Positions 8,364 to 18,001 of a DNA stretch of 24,071 nt are shown piece after piece. Positions within the stretch are counted from its first letter, which is position 1, and each line of letters starts with the position of its first letter. A program made the position numbers and the translations under genes. The notes beneath the pieces are model-generated. The model ran no database searches. It saw nothing but the letters and a program-made list of their open reading frames with translations, and was not told the DNA's origin. Source of the DNA: Promethearchaeota archaeon (GTDB lineage Archaea > Asgardarchaeota > Lokiarchaeia > Sigyniarchaeales > SOKP01); the NCBI GenBank assembly GCA_048941265.1, contig JBHLNT010000058.1:1-24071 (forward strand), read 5' to 3'.

Positions 8364-8702
8364 GTGGATAGTATATCTTATGTTATGACAACTTCAACTT
8401 TTCCAGCTAATAAATCTAGAGAGGTTGCAAAAACATATCTTGAAGTTGTAAAAAAATATCCGATTGATAGAAATCTAGAAAAACCAATATTTCAAGGTGC
8501 TATTAGATCAGATGAGGGTGGTATTACAACCGTAGGAATAACAGAACCGAAACCTGAAAAAATGGACGAGTACTTAGTGCGACTTCAGGATTCAATGGTG
8601 ATGTACCATGACATCGATGGATTTAAATATAAAATAGAAGTATGGTATAGTGTGGTAGAAGCCATGGGAATGCTGGGAATGAAGGCTCCAGAGTTTGAAT
8701 AA
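8364..8702 (+). CDS. Small hypothetical protein, tandem paralog A
   Basis: Aligns with 8848-9162: FPANKSREVAKTYL / IPPNKAVDLAKWYL and GFKYKIEVWYSVVEAMGMLGMK / GFRISSETLLGVSDSYALIGMK. Start GTG 8364 or ATA 8373. Confidence 0.8.
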   Translation: MDSISYVMTTSTFPANKSREVAKTYLEVVKKYPIDRNLEKPIFQGAIRSDEGGITTVGITEPKPEKMDEYLVRLQDSMVMYHDIDGFKYKIEVWYSVVEAMGMLGMKAPEFE

Positions 8703-8730
8703 ATAATTGAATATTGAACCATAATTTAAA

Positions 8731-8747
8731 TCCTATTTTTTTTCTTC
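8731..8747 (+). terminator. Putative archaeal oligo-T terminator
   Basis: TCCTATTTTTTTTCTTC about 30 nt after the 8702 stop; a similar T tract follows paralog B. Confidence 0.35.
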
Positions 8748-8772
8748 TAATATTTTTTACAGATTTGTTAAA

Positions 8773-8818
8773 TTTAAATATTAAATTATCCCTTTATTAT
8801 GTACAGTTAAATCCAATA
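8773..8818 (+). promoter_or_regulatory. Putative promoter/leader conserved upstream of tandem paralog B
   Basis: TTTAAAT (8773), ATCCCTTTATTA (8788) and AATCCAATA (8810), collinear with 8294-8339; GGAGGT Shine-Dalgarno follows before ATG 8848. Confidence 0.55.
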
Positions 8819-8847
8819 TTTATAAAAATTTAAAGGAGGTAATAGAA

Positions 8848-9162
8848 ATGGGAGTTATACTATTAACTGTTTGGATCCCTCCAAATAAAGCTGTTGATTT
8901 AGCAAAGTGGTATTTAAAACAAAAAAGAGAATTACCATATATCACAAAATGGAGAGTTTTCAATACAAATGGTGGATTAGAGGGACTAAAGCAATATCAT
9001 TTAATTTATACTGAAAAAGGCAAATTAGAAGAGGCAGGAATTGAGCTCCAAAAATATTTTTTTCCAATTGCTAATGAAATGGAAGGCTTTCGGATAAGTT
9101 CTGAAACACTTCTTGGTGTATCTGATTCGTATGCTTTAATTGGAATGAAATGGGAAAAATAG
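8848..9162 (+). CDS. Small hypothetical protein, tandem paralog B
   Basis: ATG with GGAGGT SD; similarity to 8364-8702. Confidence 0.85.
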   Translation: MGVILLTVWIPPNKAVDLAKWYLKQKRELPYITKWRVFNTNGGLEGLKQYHLIYTEKGKLEEAGIELQKYFFPIANEMEGFRISSETLLGVSDSYALIGMKWEK

Positions 9163-9220
9163 TTATTAAAACAAAAAATCTAATGGTAAAATATTAAAAT
9201 AAAAAAAATAATTAAAAAAT

Positions 9221-9240
9221 CTCATTTTTTTATTCTTTCT
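9221..9240 (+). terminator. Putative archaeal oligo-T terminator
   Basis: CTCATTTTTTTATTCTTTCT downstream of the 9162 stop. Confidence 0.3.
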
Positions 9241-9566
9241 TGTATTCACGCCCTATGGGTGTTATCATTTCTAGAGAGTAAAATCGCAATCTCTCCAATG
9301 CTCATTTCATTGGTGCTACCAAAATCGGTTATCCTTTCAATCTTACATTCATGGTTTATAGAAGCTTTATTAATTATTGATACTGTATGAGATTCTCCGT
9401 AAAACATATTAAATAAAATAAACCTATATACTTCTTTTCCTGACTTAATACCAATATAAGTAAAAAAAATAGAATAAAGATATAAGTGCATTTTATTAAA
9501 GAAAAAAAATAAATTAAATTTATAAATTGTAATTATTCTTTTTTTTCTTAAAAAATTATAATAATA

Positions 9567-10874
9567 ATGAATATTATACCTAAGATTGGATTTTGTGTAA
9601 TTTATCATCCTTTTGAAGATAATGCTGAAAATGCACAAAAGATTTCTGAAAATTCAGTTAAATTATTGAAAACAATAAAAGATATCGAATTAGTAGTCGC
9701 CGATAAATTAGTTAAAGATGTTAATTCTGCAATTCTAGCCGGAAATCAATTTAAAGAAGCTAATGTCGATCTTATCTGTATAAAACTTGCTACATGGAGT
9801 TCAAACGATTATATTTTAGATATAATCTCTCTATATGAAGTTCCTTTTATATTTTGGTCCTATCCCCATATGCATGCGGGAAGTATGTGTGGTGGTTTAC
9901 AGTTTAACATGGTGTTTAAAGAATTACATAAAGAATGCATATTTGTTTATGGAGATGATGATCAAGCACTTGAAAAAATAAGGAATTATGCTATATGTGT
10001 TTGCTTAAAAAATAATATGAAAACATTAAGATTTTTAAAAATAGGAAATCGAACTCAGGGTATGGCCGAAGTGATCTATGATGAATTTTCAGTTAAGGAA
10101 GTTTTTGGACCTAGAGTAATATCAATTGGATTTGACCAATTTAAGGAAGATGTTGATAATATTGCTGACAAGGATGCTTCAGATCTATGGATAGATTTAA
10201 AAAAAAAAGTAGGTAAAATTTCAGTGGAAGAATTTAATGGGATAAATGCTATAAAAAATTATTTGGCGTTGAAAAAAATAATAGAAGCTGAGCAAATTTC
10301 AGGAGTAACTGTTGAATGTTACCCTAATTTTATGGGAGAACATTGCTTAGCGTTCAGTCTACTGGCAAATGAAGGTATTCCCGGAGCCTGTGAAGGAGAT
10401 ATTAATTCTCTCATTCTTATGTATATTTTAATGAAATTATCTGAAAGTCCTGTCCATAATATTGATCCCTTATATTTATATGAAGATGAAAATAGCATAA
10501 TTGGAAGCCACTGCGGAAGTGGATCTTTTGAATTGGCGGAAGATCATCAAGAAATTGAATTAACTAACGTAAGACTTGCGAATAAAGGACTTTGCGTGTT
10601 ATTTCCGTCAAAACCTGGAAAAATAACAATGGCAAACTTAGTTGGACGTAAGGGTACTTATAGGATGGGTAGTATTGAAGGAAATGCGATTCATGCAGAA
10701 ATGGTTTTTCCCGGGAACCCTATTAAAGTTAAGCTGCCTATAACAATAAAAAGATTTTTGGAAGTTATTGAAAATTCTGGTATGGGACATCACTGGATAA
10801 TTACTTATGGTAATCATCTCAAATCTTTAGAATGTTTAGCTTCTCTCTTAAAAGTTAATTTAATTAAATTTTAA
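9567..10874 (+). CDS. L-fucose/L-arabinose isomerase family protein
   Basis: Motifs SMCGG, VECYP, ACEGD, SHCG and C-terminal GHHWIITYG typical of FucI/AraA-like sugar isomerases; substrate not determinable. Confidence 0.8.
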   Translation: MNIIPKIGFCVIYHPFEDNAENAQKISENSVKLLKTIKDIELVVADKLVKDVNSAILAGNQFKEANVDLICIKLATWSSNDYILDIISLYEVPFIFWSYPHMHAGSMCGGLQFNMVFKELHKECIFVYGDDDQALEKIRNYAICVCLKNNMKTLRFLKIGNRTQGMAEVIYDEFSVKEVFGPRVISIGFDQFKEDVDNIADKDASDLWIDLKKKVGKISVEEFNGINAIKNYLALKKIIEAEQISGVTVECYPNFMGEHCLAFSLLANEGIPGACEGDINSLILMYILMKLSESPVHNIDPLYLYEDENSIIGSHCGSGSFELAEDHQEIELTNVRLANKGLCVLFPSKPGKITMANLVGRKGTYRMGSIEGNAIHAEMVFPGNPIKVKLPITIKRFLEVIENSGMGHHWIITYGNHLKSLECLASLLKVNLIKF

Positions 10875-11198
10875 ATCTTTTTAGTCTTTAACAAATCTGT
10901 AATTTTCAAAAATTTAACTATTTCTTGCATACATCTAAATTTAAGTTCTACAACTCCTTTTTTCACAGATGCATATTACAATTGAAAGAATAGGGATAAA
11001 TATTCATATTATTAATAATATTAATTCTATTAAACGATCTACCCCAATATTCAATGATAATTTAATTCAGACAAAATCTTAAATATAAAATCTTACACTA
11101 ATAATTCGGTATAAAAGTCTATTTTAGATATTGTTAATCAAAAATCTAAAAATAAACGTTCTATTATTTTGAAATAATTCTATTTAGGAGATTTTAGA

Positions 11199-14100
11199 AT
11201 GTCTGAGTGGGAAGAAAAATATCGTGCATTATTGGATCATATGAGTAGTGGTGTTGCTGTATATAAAGTTGTAAATGATGGAGGAGATTTTATATTTATT
11301 GATATTAATAAAATGGGAGAAAGAATTAATAAAGTTAAAAAAGAAGACATTATAGGTAAAAGTCTTTTAGAAACATTTCCAGGTGTCAAATCTTCAGAGC
11401 TTTTTAATATATTTCAAAAAGTATGGAAAACTGGAAGATCCGAATATTATCCTATAACTTTATATCAAGATAAGAGAATTTCTTATTGGATGGAAAATTA
11501 CGTTTATAAGCTCAACTCTGGTGAAATTGTTGCAATATATAATGATCTCACTGAACTTAAACAAAAGGAGGAAGAATTAAGAAATAGTGAGGAAAAATAT
11601 CGAGCAATATTTACAAGCGGTGGTATAGGTGTTGTTAAAGTGAGCACTAAAGGAGAAGCTTTAGAATATAATGAACGTCTACTTGATTTTTTCGGTTATA
11701 ATTCTGAGGAATTTAAAAATAAAACATTTATGGAACTTACTCATCCTGATGATCTTAATGCTGATATTAAATTCTATCAAGATCTATTAAAGGGTAAAAT
11801 AGACCATTACTCTATGGAAAAAAGATATTTCCATAAGAATGGAGAAATAAGATGGGGGAATTTAACTGTATCCTTAGTTCGAAATAATAATATGGAACCT
11901 TCTTATGCAATAAGTTTGCTTGAAGATATTACTAACCGAAAAATAGTAGAAGAGAAGATAAAAGAATCTGAAGAGAAATTCAAAACAATTTTTATGGATT
12001 CACCTATAGGAATTGAACTTTATGATTCTAATGGTATTCTTTTAGATGCAAATACCTCATGCTTAGAGATTTTTGGTGTAGAGGATATTAATTCTACTAA
12101 AGGTTTTAAACTATTCGAAGACCCTAATGTATCGGATGAGGTAAAAGATAGATTATATAGAGGCAAAACAATTAAATATGAGTCTTTTTTCGATTTCGAG
12201 AAAGTTAAGAAGTTAAATTTATACGAGACAACAAAATCTGGTAAAATTTTTCTAGATGTGTTGATTAAACCTATATATTTAAATGGATATGAGAATGCTT
12301 CAAATTATTTAGTTCAAGTGCAGGATATAACTGAGAAGAAATTAACAGAACAAAAATTAATGCAATTAAATCAAGAATTAGAAAATAAAGTAGAAGAACG
12401 AACAAAAAAATTAAAGGAATCTGAAGAAAAATATCGGTCACTCTACCAACATGCTCCTTTACCTTATCAATCTCTTGATGAAAATGGGATGATACTAGAT
12501 GTGAATCAAGCTTGGCTCGATTTTTTCAAGTACAATCGAGAAGAAGTAATAGGTAAATGGTTAGGTAAATTTATAATTCCTGAAAGTAGAGATTTTCTCA
12601 AGGATAGATTCACTCAGTTTAAAAAAGAAGGAGAGGCCCATGGTGTTCAATATGAAGTTATAAGAAAAGATGGTACTCATAAGATTATATCATTCAATGG
12701 TAAGATTGGATATGATCAAGATGGAAATTTTCTTCGTACGCATTGTATATTTGAAGATATCACATTAACCAGACGATTTGAGCAAAAATTAAAAGAATCA
12801 GAAGAAAAATTTCGCATTCTTACTGAGCAAAGTTTAATGGGGATATGTATTATTCAAGATAACAAAATAAAATATGCTAATCAAGCGATTTCAGATATTT
12901 GCGAATATTCTGTAGAAGAAATGTTAAGCTGGGACAAGATTAATTCAGCTAACTTTATTCATCCAGATGACCTCGTTTTTGTTTCAGAACAAATGATGAA
13001 AAAGCAAAAGGGAATAGATAAAGATGTTGATATCCATTATTCATATCGATTAATTACGAAAAAGAAAAAAATAAAATGGGTTGAGCAGTATTCAAAATCT
13101 ATATCATATGAGGGAAGACCTGCTGATTTCGCAACTATTATGGATATTACAGAACGTCAACAGGCTGAGAATAAGATAAGAAAAGAACATGAATATCTAA
13201 TTAATGTTATAGATTCTCTTACTCATCCTTTTTATGTTATAAATATAAATGATTATACGATTGAATTGGCAAACTCTGCTGCTATGAATGGTAATGCTAT
13301 TCAAGATTTAAAATGTTATGAATTGTATCATAGATCGGATAAACCATGTGCAGATAATGAAACTTGTCCGCTAGTATTTATAAAAAAAACCAAAGCTCCC
13401 ATAAGTGTGGTACATCATCATTATGATAAAAATGGTAATTTAAAAATCTATGAAGTTAATGGAAATCCAATGTTTGATGAAGATGGAAATGTTAGTAAAA
13501 TAATAGAATATTCAATCGACATTACAGACCGTAAAATTGCAGAAAATAAACTTAAAGATTCAGAAGAAAAATATCGTCATTTATTTGAAAGTTCACCAAA
13601 TGCTATCATATTAACTAATAAAGAAGGGATTATAATTGATTGTAATTTTGCAACTATTAAAACGTTTGGATATAATAAAGAAGAATTATTTGGTAAACAA
13701 TATTTCAATTTAGGAATTTTCACCCATAATCAAATAGCTTATTTTATAGAAACATATGAAAGGCTTAAACAGGGTGCAGAGATTAAACCAGTGGAGTTTC
13801 AAATTAAAAAAAAGGAAAGGTCAATAATATGGATAAATTATCAAAGTTCATTGGTTATTTTAGAGGGAGAAATACTAGTTCAATCTATTGTACAAGATAT
13901 AACAGAAAAGAAAAATGCAGAAGAAATGGTAAAAAAAGAAATTAAAAAATTAAAAGAGCTGGATCAAATTAAAACTGAATTCGTATATAGAGCATCCCAT
14001 GAATTAAAAACTCCTTTAAATTTTATTTGCAGTGCATCATCACTTCTATTTAATTTGTATAGTGATAGATTTGATGAAAAAGCAAAAGAACTTTTAAGAA

Positions 14101-14672
14101 TTTTAATCAAGGGAGGTGAGCAACTTGAAGAATTAATTAAAAATATCCTTGATATCTCTAGTATTGAATCTAATTACATAAAATTAAAAAAACATAGTGT
14201 CAATATTAGTAACTTAATTAAAAATTGCGTGAATGACATGAGATATTTAATAGAGAAAAGAAATTTAAATTTAAATCTTGAAATTGAAGTTGACTATTTT
14301 GTTTATATTGATGAAGTTAGAATTACACAAGTTGTAGCAAATTTATTATCAAATGCTATAAAAAACACACCTAAAAAAGGAGTAATCACTATAAAATTAG
14401 AAATGTTTGATACTTATTTCGAGATTTGTGTTATTGATACGGGCATTGGTTTTACAAAAAGTGAAAGAAAGATGCTTTTTAAAAAGTTTGGTAAAATTGA
14501 AAGGTATGGAAGAGGATTGGATATAATTTCTGAAGGATCGGGTCTAGGATTATTTATAACAAAAGAAATTGTAGAAGCTCATAATGGCATAATTTTGCTT
14601 GAATCTAAAGGAAGAAATAAAGGCTCAAAATTTATTATTAAATTACCCATTAATAAAAATAAAAGTCAATAA
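11199..14672 (+). CDS. Cytoplasmic multi-PAS sensor histidine kinase (7 PAS domains by eye)
   Basis: Repeated (S)EEKY/FR...DITE PAS/PAC units; H-box ASHELKTPL, N-box NLLSNAIKNT, G1 DTGIG, G2 GSGLGL; AGGAGA SD; no transmembrane segment seen. Confidence 0.95.
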   Translation: MSEWEEKYRALLDHMSSGVAVYKVVNDGGDFIFIDINKMGERINKVKKEDIIGKSLLETFPGVKSSELFNIFQKVWKTGRSEYYPITLYQDKRISYWMENYVYKLNSGEIVAIYNDLTELKQKEEELRNSEEKYRAIFTSGGIGVVKVSTKGEALEYNERLLDFFGYNSEEFKNKTFMELTHPDDLNADIKFYQDLLKGKIDHYSMEKRYFHKNGEIRWGNLTVSLVRNNNMEPSYAISLLEDITNRKIVEEKIKESEEKFKTIFMDSPIGIELYDSNGILLDANTSCLEIFGVEDINSTKGFKLFEDPNVSDEVKDRLYRGKTIKYESFFDFEKVKKLNLYETTKSGKIFLDVLIKPIYLNGYENASNYLVQVQDITEKKLTEQKLMQLNQELENKVEERTKKLKESEEKYRSLYQHAPLPYQSLDENGMILDVNQAWLDFFKYNREEVIGKWLGKFIIPESRDFLKDRFTQFKKEGEAHGVQYEVIRKDGTHKIISFNGKIGYDQDGNFLRTHCIFEDITLTRRFEQKLKESEEKFRILTEQSLMGICIIQDNKIKYANQAISDICEYSVEEMLSWDKINSANFIHPDDLVFVSEQMMKKQKGIDKDVDIHYSYRLITKKKKIKWVEQYSKSISYEGRPADFATIMDITERQQAENKIRKEHEYLINVIDSLTHPFYVININDYTIELANSAAMNGNAIQDLKCYELYHRSDKPCADNETCPLVFIKKTKAPISVVHHHYDKNGNLKIYEVNGNPMFDEDGNVSKIIEYSIDITDRKIAENKLKDSEEKYRHLFESSPNAIILTNKEGIIIDCNFATIKTFGYNKEELFGKQYFNLGIFTHNQIAYFIETYERLKQGAEIKPVEFQIKKKERSIIWINYQSSLVILEGEILVQSIVQDITEKKNAEEMVKKEIKKLKELDQIKTEFVYRASHELKTPLNFICSASSLLFNLYSDRFDEKAKELLRILIKGGEQLEELIKNILDISSIESNYIKLKKHSVNISNLIKNCVNDMRYLIEKRNLNLNLEIEVDYFVYIDEVRITQVVANLLSNAIKNTPKKGVITIKLEMFDTYFEICVIDTGIGFTKSERKMLFKKFGKIERYGRGLDIISEGSGLGLFITKEIVEAHNGIILLESKGRNKGSKFIIKLPINKNKSQ

Positions 14673-14691
14673 AGTAATAAATAATAATTTC

Positions 14692-15519
14692 TCAAAGATA
14701 ATCAAGTAAAACTTCAAATTTATCAAATTTAAAAGGTTTTAAAAAATAACCATCTGCCCCTGTTTCTTCCAATTTTTTACGGACTTCTGATTCAGGAACA
14801 GCAGTTACATAAAAAATAGGAATATTATGAAGGTTGTTATCTGATTTAATTTTTTTACATATTTCATATCCATCTATATCAGGTAAAATAATATCTAATA
14901 ATATTAATTTAGGTTTATATAATCTTAATTCTTTTAACCCTTGAGTTCCAGTAGTAACACCTTTACATGAAATACCCTTCGATTCAAAATAGCTTTCTAA
15001 TACTGTAATTGTTGGTGCAATATCTTCTATAATTAAAATATCATAATAAGCTTTTTCTGGTTCAATATCATTTAAAAGTTCTTTAATTTTATTTTCAAGT
15101 AGTAAACTTTGAGAATATATCTCCTTAATTTTAAATAAAATATCAGTATTCAATTTATCAGAATCATTTTCAATAATTAACTTTGAAAAACCTTGTATGG
15201 TTGTTAATGGTTCCTTTAAATCATGAGATAATTTTGAAATACTATCAATGAGTTCTTTACTATCATAACTTTCTATATAATGCGAAATAGCTTCTCTAAC
15301 AAATTTTGAAATAGTTGGAAATCCCTTGCTATTAGCAAACTTTTCCCATATCTCTTTTTTTTTATCTGAAACAGAAATTCCTATAATTTTTTTATCAATT
15401 CCATATATTTTTTCACCCTCCAACCATTTTTTAAAGCCCTCTGTAATTTCTTCTCGCCATATCGCTTTCTTCCCAGTTTCTTTTTCATATCTTTCCATTT
15501 CAGGAGTTTTTTTAGGCAT
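14692..15519 (-). CDS. Putative ribbon-helix-helix - HisKA(DHp) - receiver (REC) protein, no HATPase domain
   Basis: IIGISVSDKKKEIWEKFA...TISKFVREAISHYIE (RHH-like); SHDLKEPLTTIQGFS (H-box); ILIIED, ILLDIILPDIDGYE, VTA, FLKPF (REC). Confidence 0.85.
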   Translation of the reverse strand: MPKKTPEMERYEKETGKKAIWREEITEGFKKWLEGEKIYGIDKKIIGISVSDKKKEIWEKFANSKGFPTISKFVREAISHYIESYDSKELIDSISKLSHDLKEPLTTIQGFSKLIIENDSDKLNTDILFKIKEIYSQSLLLENKIKELLNDIEPEKAYYDILIIEDIAPTITVLESYFESKGISCKGVTTGTQGLKELRLYKPKLILLDIILPDIDGYEICKKIKSDNNLHNIPIFYVTAVPESEVRKKLEETGADGYFLKPFKFDKFEVLLDYL

Positions 15520-15632
15520 CTTTCCTCATGAATAAAACCACATTTGTAATAATTTAAAAATATAATAATAAAATAAATAAAATAATTAATTAAAAAGTTT
15601 ATTTGATAACTTTAAAAAAATTTTCCTAGTTC

Positions 15633-17021
15633 TTAATTCGCCGTTTCAAATAATTCTTTTATTTTTATCGATGTTTTCATTAATAGATTTAATCTCTTAG
15701 ATTCTAGAACTTTCTCAGGATTCGTATATTTTTTCTTTAAAAAATCGATCTTATCATTCAGATTATCAAAAACCCAAGATATTTTTGATTCTCCTTTAAA
15801 TTCACAAAGATCTTCTTTTAAACCTTTCAAGATTTGATTTATAATTTTTTTTTTTAATTTTTGACCTTCCTTCGGAAATTTTAAAGCATCCTTTTCATAG
15901 TAAGACAAAAGTATAAAATTTCTAGGATAATTATTAATATTGATATTTTTAACTAAGAAAGTTCCGTTAGCAGAAACTAATTTAATATATGATAAGATAT
16001 TTAAATTTAAACTTTCTATAGTTCTTAATATAGATGTACTTATCAACGAAAACATTGCTCCTATTGCCATAATATCAAAATTGGTTTTATTATACTCTGC
16101 AATAATCATTCCCTTACTGTCTATTAAAAAAGATGATTGAAAAAGTTCATCCAAACATAATTTATTCATATATTTTTGTAAGAAAACCGCTTTACCTTTT
16201 AACTCTTTCCCTTTTTTATCCTTTATTTCTTTTTCATTTAGTTTTAGATTAAAATCTTTTAAGTCTTTCACTTCTGATTTAAATTCCAATTCGGACTTTC
16301 TTTTTTTAAATTCTAATTTGTAATTATCTAATTCTATTTTATCTTTCTCAACGTCATATTTTTGCTTCTCTAAATTTCTTCGCAATTCTTCTAAGTTTTT
16401 TTCTCTCTTTTCAAACTCAACTCTCTTTATTTCTAATTGTTTATTTAAATCTAAAAATTGTTTTCTTGCTTCTTCGAGATTTTCACTTCGCGTTTCAAAC
16501 TCAGATTTACTCTTTTCTAAAGTTTGCATTTTCACCTCATATTCTTTTATAATCATCTCATACTCTTTCGTTTTTTCAATTAATTCTTGATTACGATTTT
16601 CATGAAGTTGGGTTATCTCAGTTAACTTTTGATATTTTTTATCATAATTTTCAATTTTTTCATCTAGTTCTTTTAGCTTATCCTCATATACAATTACTAA
16701 ATCATCGCTTTTTCCATCAGAATCTAATTTTCCTTTTTTTATCATGTCTTTTCTATTATAGGAATTATCTGGAACACTTTGATTAGTAGCAACTTTAGAA
16801 AATTTTACCCCTTCAACTTTTGTATTGTTTTTTTTAATGTTTTTTTCTAATAATTTAACTCCATTATTTTCATTAAAAAGAGTGTTTTTCTGAGGTTGAG
16901 TTATTTTATCTTCAAGAATTATATTTTTCGTATCCGAGATATGAGACTCATTATTTTTTTTTTTATCATTACCAATCTCTTCTTTTTTTTCCCCCTCTAA
17001 CTCGTTTTTTTTTATAGGCAT
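15633..17021 (-). CDS. Low-complexity N-terminus - long coiled coil - Roadblock-like domain protein
   Basis: E/K-rich heptads over roughly residues 110-265; SSFLIDSKGMIIAE...AIGAMFSLISTS...YIKLVSANGTFLV Roadblock pattern; AAGGGG SD. Confidence 0.75.
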   Translation of the reverse strand: MPIKKNELEGEKKEEIGNDKKKNNESHISDTKNIILEDKITQPQKNTLFNENNGVKLLEKNIKKNNTKVEGVKFSKVATNQSVPDNSYNRKDMIKKGKLDSDGKSDDLVIVYEDKLKELDEKIENYDKKYQKLTEITQLHENRNQELIEKTKEYEMIIKEYEVKMQTLEKSKSEFETRSENLEEARKQFLDLNKQLEIKRVEFEKREKNLEELRRNLEKQKYDVEKDKIELDNYKLEFKKRKSELEFKSEVKDLKDFNLKLNEKEIKDKKGKELKGKAVFLQKYMNKLCLDELFQSSFLIDSKGMIIAEYNKTNFDIMAIGAMFSLISTSILRTIESLNLNILSYIKLVSANGTFLVKNININNYPRNFILLSYYEKDALKFPKEGQKLKKKIINQILKGLKEDLCEFKGESKISWVFDNLNDKIDFLKKKYTNPEKVLESKRLNLLMKTSIKIKELFETAN

Positions 17022-17063
17022 CTTTTTCCCCTTTATTTAATATTTTTTGATAAATTTGAATTT

Positions 17064-17516
17064 TTACAATAAAGAACCAATATTCGTAAAAAGTTCTTCT
17101 TTAAAAGAGTTTTGTTGTACTATCTTCCTTACCTCGTTAGTTAATTTACTAATTTCAAAATCAATTAATCCAATATTAATTTCTTTTGGAAAAATCATCT
17201 GAATTAGTATATTAGCGATAACTCTTGTAATGAGAATAGAAAAATTTGAATCAGAACTCCCACTATTACTAGCATCTATTTTAATTTGTTGTAAATTTTT
17301 ATTTGCATTAATAATTTCTATACCTCTTTCTGCCATTGATAACATGCTTGCAGATAGAGCTGCGAAATTAGTATGTTCTTCTTCATCTTGATAATTATGC
17401 TCACTATTAGAAGCAATAATTAAACCATCTTCAGTAATTAGAGTAGAACATGATATTTTTGTGTTCATATTAAAATTATCTAATAATTTTACTAATTTAT
17501 CTTTAATTTCTAACAT
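17064..17516 (-). CDS. Roadblock/LC7 protein (same subfamily as 784-1233 and 19458-19907)
   Basis: STLITEDGLIIA, FAALSASMLSMAERGIEII, IFPKEINIGLIDFE. Confidence 0.87.
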   Translation of the reverse strand: MLEIKDKLVKLLDNFNMNTKISCSTLITEDGLIIASNSEHNYQDEEEHTNFAALSASMLSMAERGIEIINANKNLQQIKIDASNSGSSDSNFSILITRVIANILIQMIFPKEINIGLIDFEISKLTNEVRKIVQQNSFKEELFTNIGSLL

Positions 17517-17617
17517 CTCTTTTAGTATTAATTTTATGTAGTAATTTTACTATTAGGATAATATTAATTCTTAAATATAAAATAAAAAAAATGGTTGATT
17601 TTTAGTTTAATAATTAT

Positions 17618-17983
17618 TCAACCTATTACTAATTTGATTTTATCTATTGCCGAATTTATTTCGAAATCTATTAAGCCAATCTTCGCATCTGCAGGTGCTA
17701 ATGCAATAAGTACTGCCTGAGATAATTGGTTTAAAACAATGAATTTTTCAGATCCACTTATTACAATTGAACCCGTTTTGCCTGATTTAAGAGTATCGGC
17801 AACTCTGGATCCAACGGATGTTAAAGCTGCAGTCATAGCAGATATTGCGCGATCATCAATGTCTTTATGTAAGGCACTAACCATCATCTGTCCTTTTAAT
17901 GAAACTAATGCGCTATTTTGAACTTCTGAATTTTTTTCCAAATCTAATAGAATTTCCTTAATTTTTTCTTCTTTAGCACTCAT
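17618..17983 (-). CDS. Canonical Roadblock/LC7 (MglB-like) protein
   Basis: SALVSLKGQMMVSAL...DRAISAMTAAL...AKIGLIDFE; AGGAGG SD upstream. Confidence 0.92.
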   Translation of the reverse strand: MSAKEEKIKEILLDLEKNSEVQNSALVSLKGQMMVSALHKDIDDRAISAMTAALTSVGSRVADTLKSGKTGSIVISGSEKFIVLNQLSQAVLIALAPADAKIGLIDFEINSAIDKIKLVIG

Positions 17984-18001
17984 CTTTTATCCCTCCTTTT
18001 T

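Noticed and set aside
9246-9638. 130-aa minus-strand ORF
   Set aside because: Overlaps the isomerase start and runs through an extremely AT-rich intergenic tract; the last ~50 codons could be a gene relic but I cannot support it.
10872-10975. Short minus-strand open frame (YASVKKGVVELKFRCMQEIVKFLKITDLLKTKKI)
   Set aside because: No recognisable homology or convincing start; possibly a relic, unsupported.
15326-15535. 69-aa plus-strand ORF
   Set aside because: Antisense to the RHH-HisKA-REC gene.
15940-16140. 66-aa plus-strand ORF
   Set aside because: Antisense to the coiled-coil-Roadblock gene.
16200-16700. Coiled coil as an SMC, ESCRT-III or filament protein
   Set aside because: No ATPase or family-specific motif; E/K heptads alone are not diagnostic.
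17739-17921. 60-aa plus-strand ORF
   Set aside because: Antisense to the canonical Roadblock gene.
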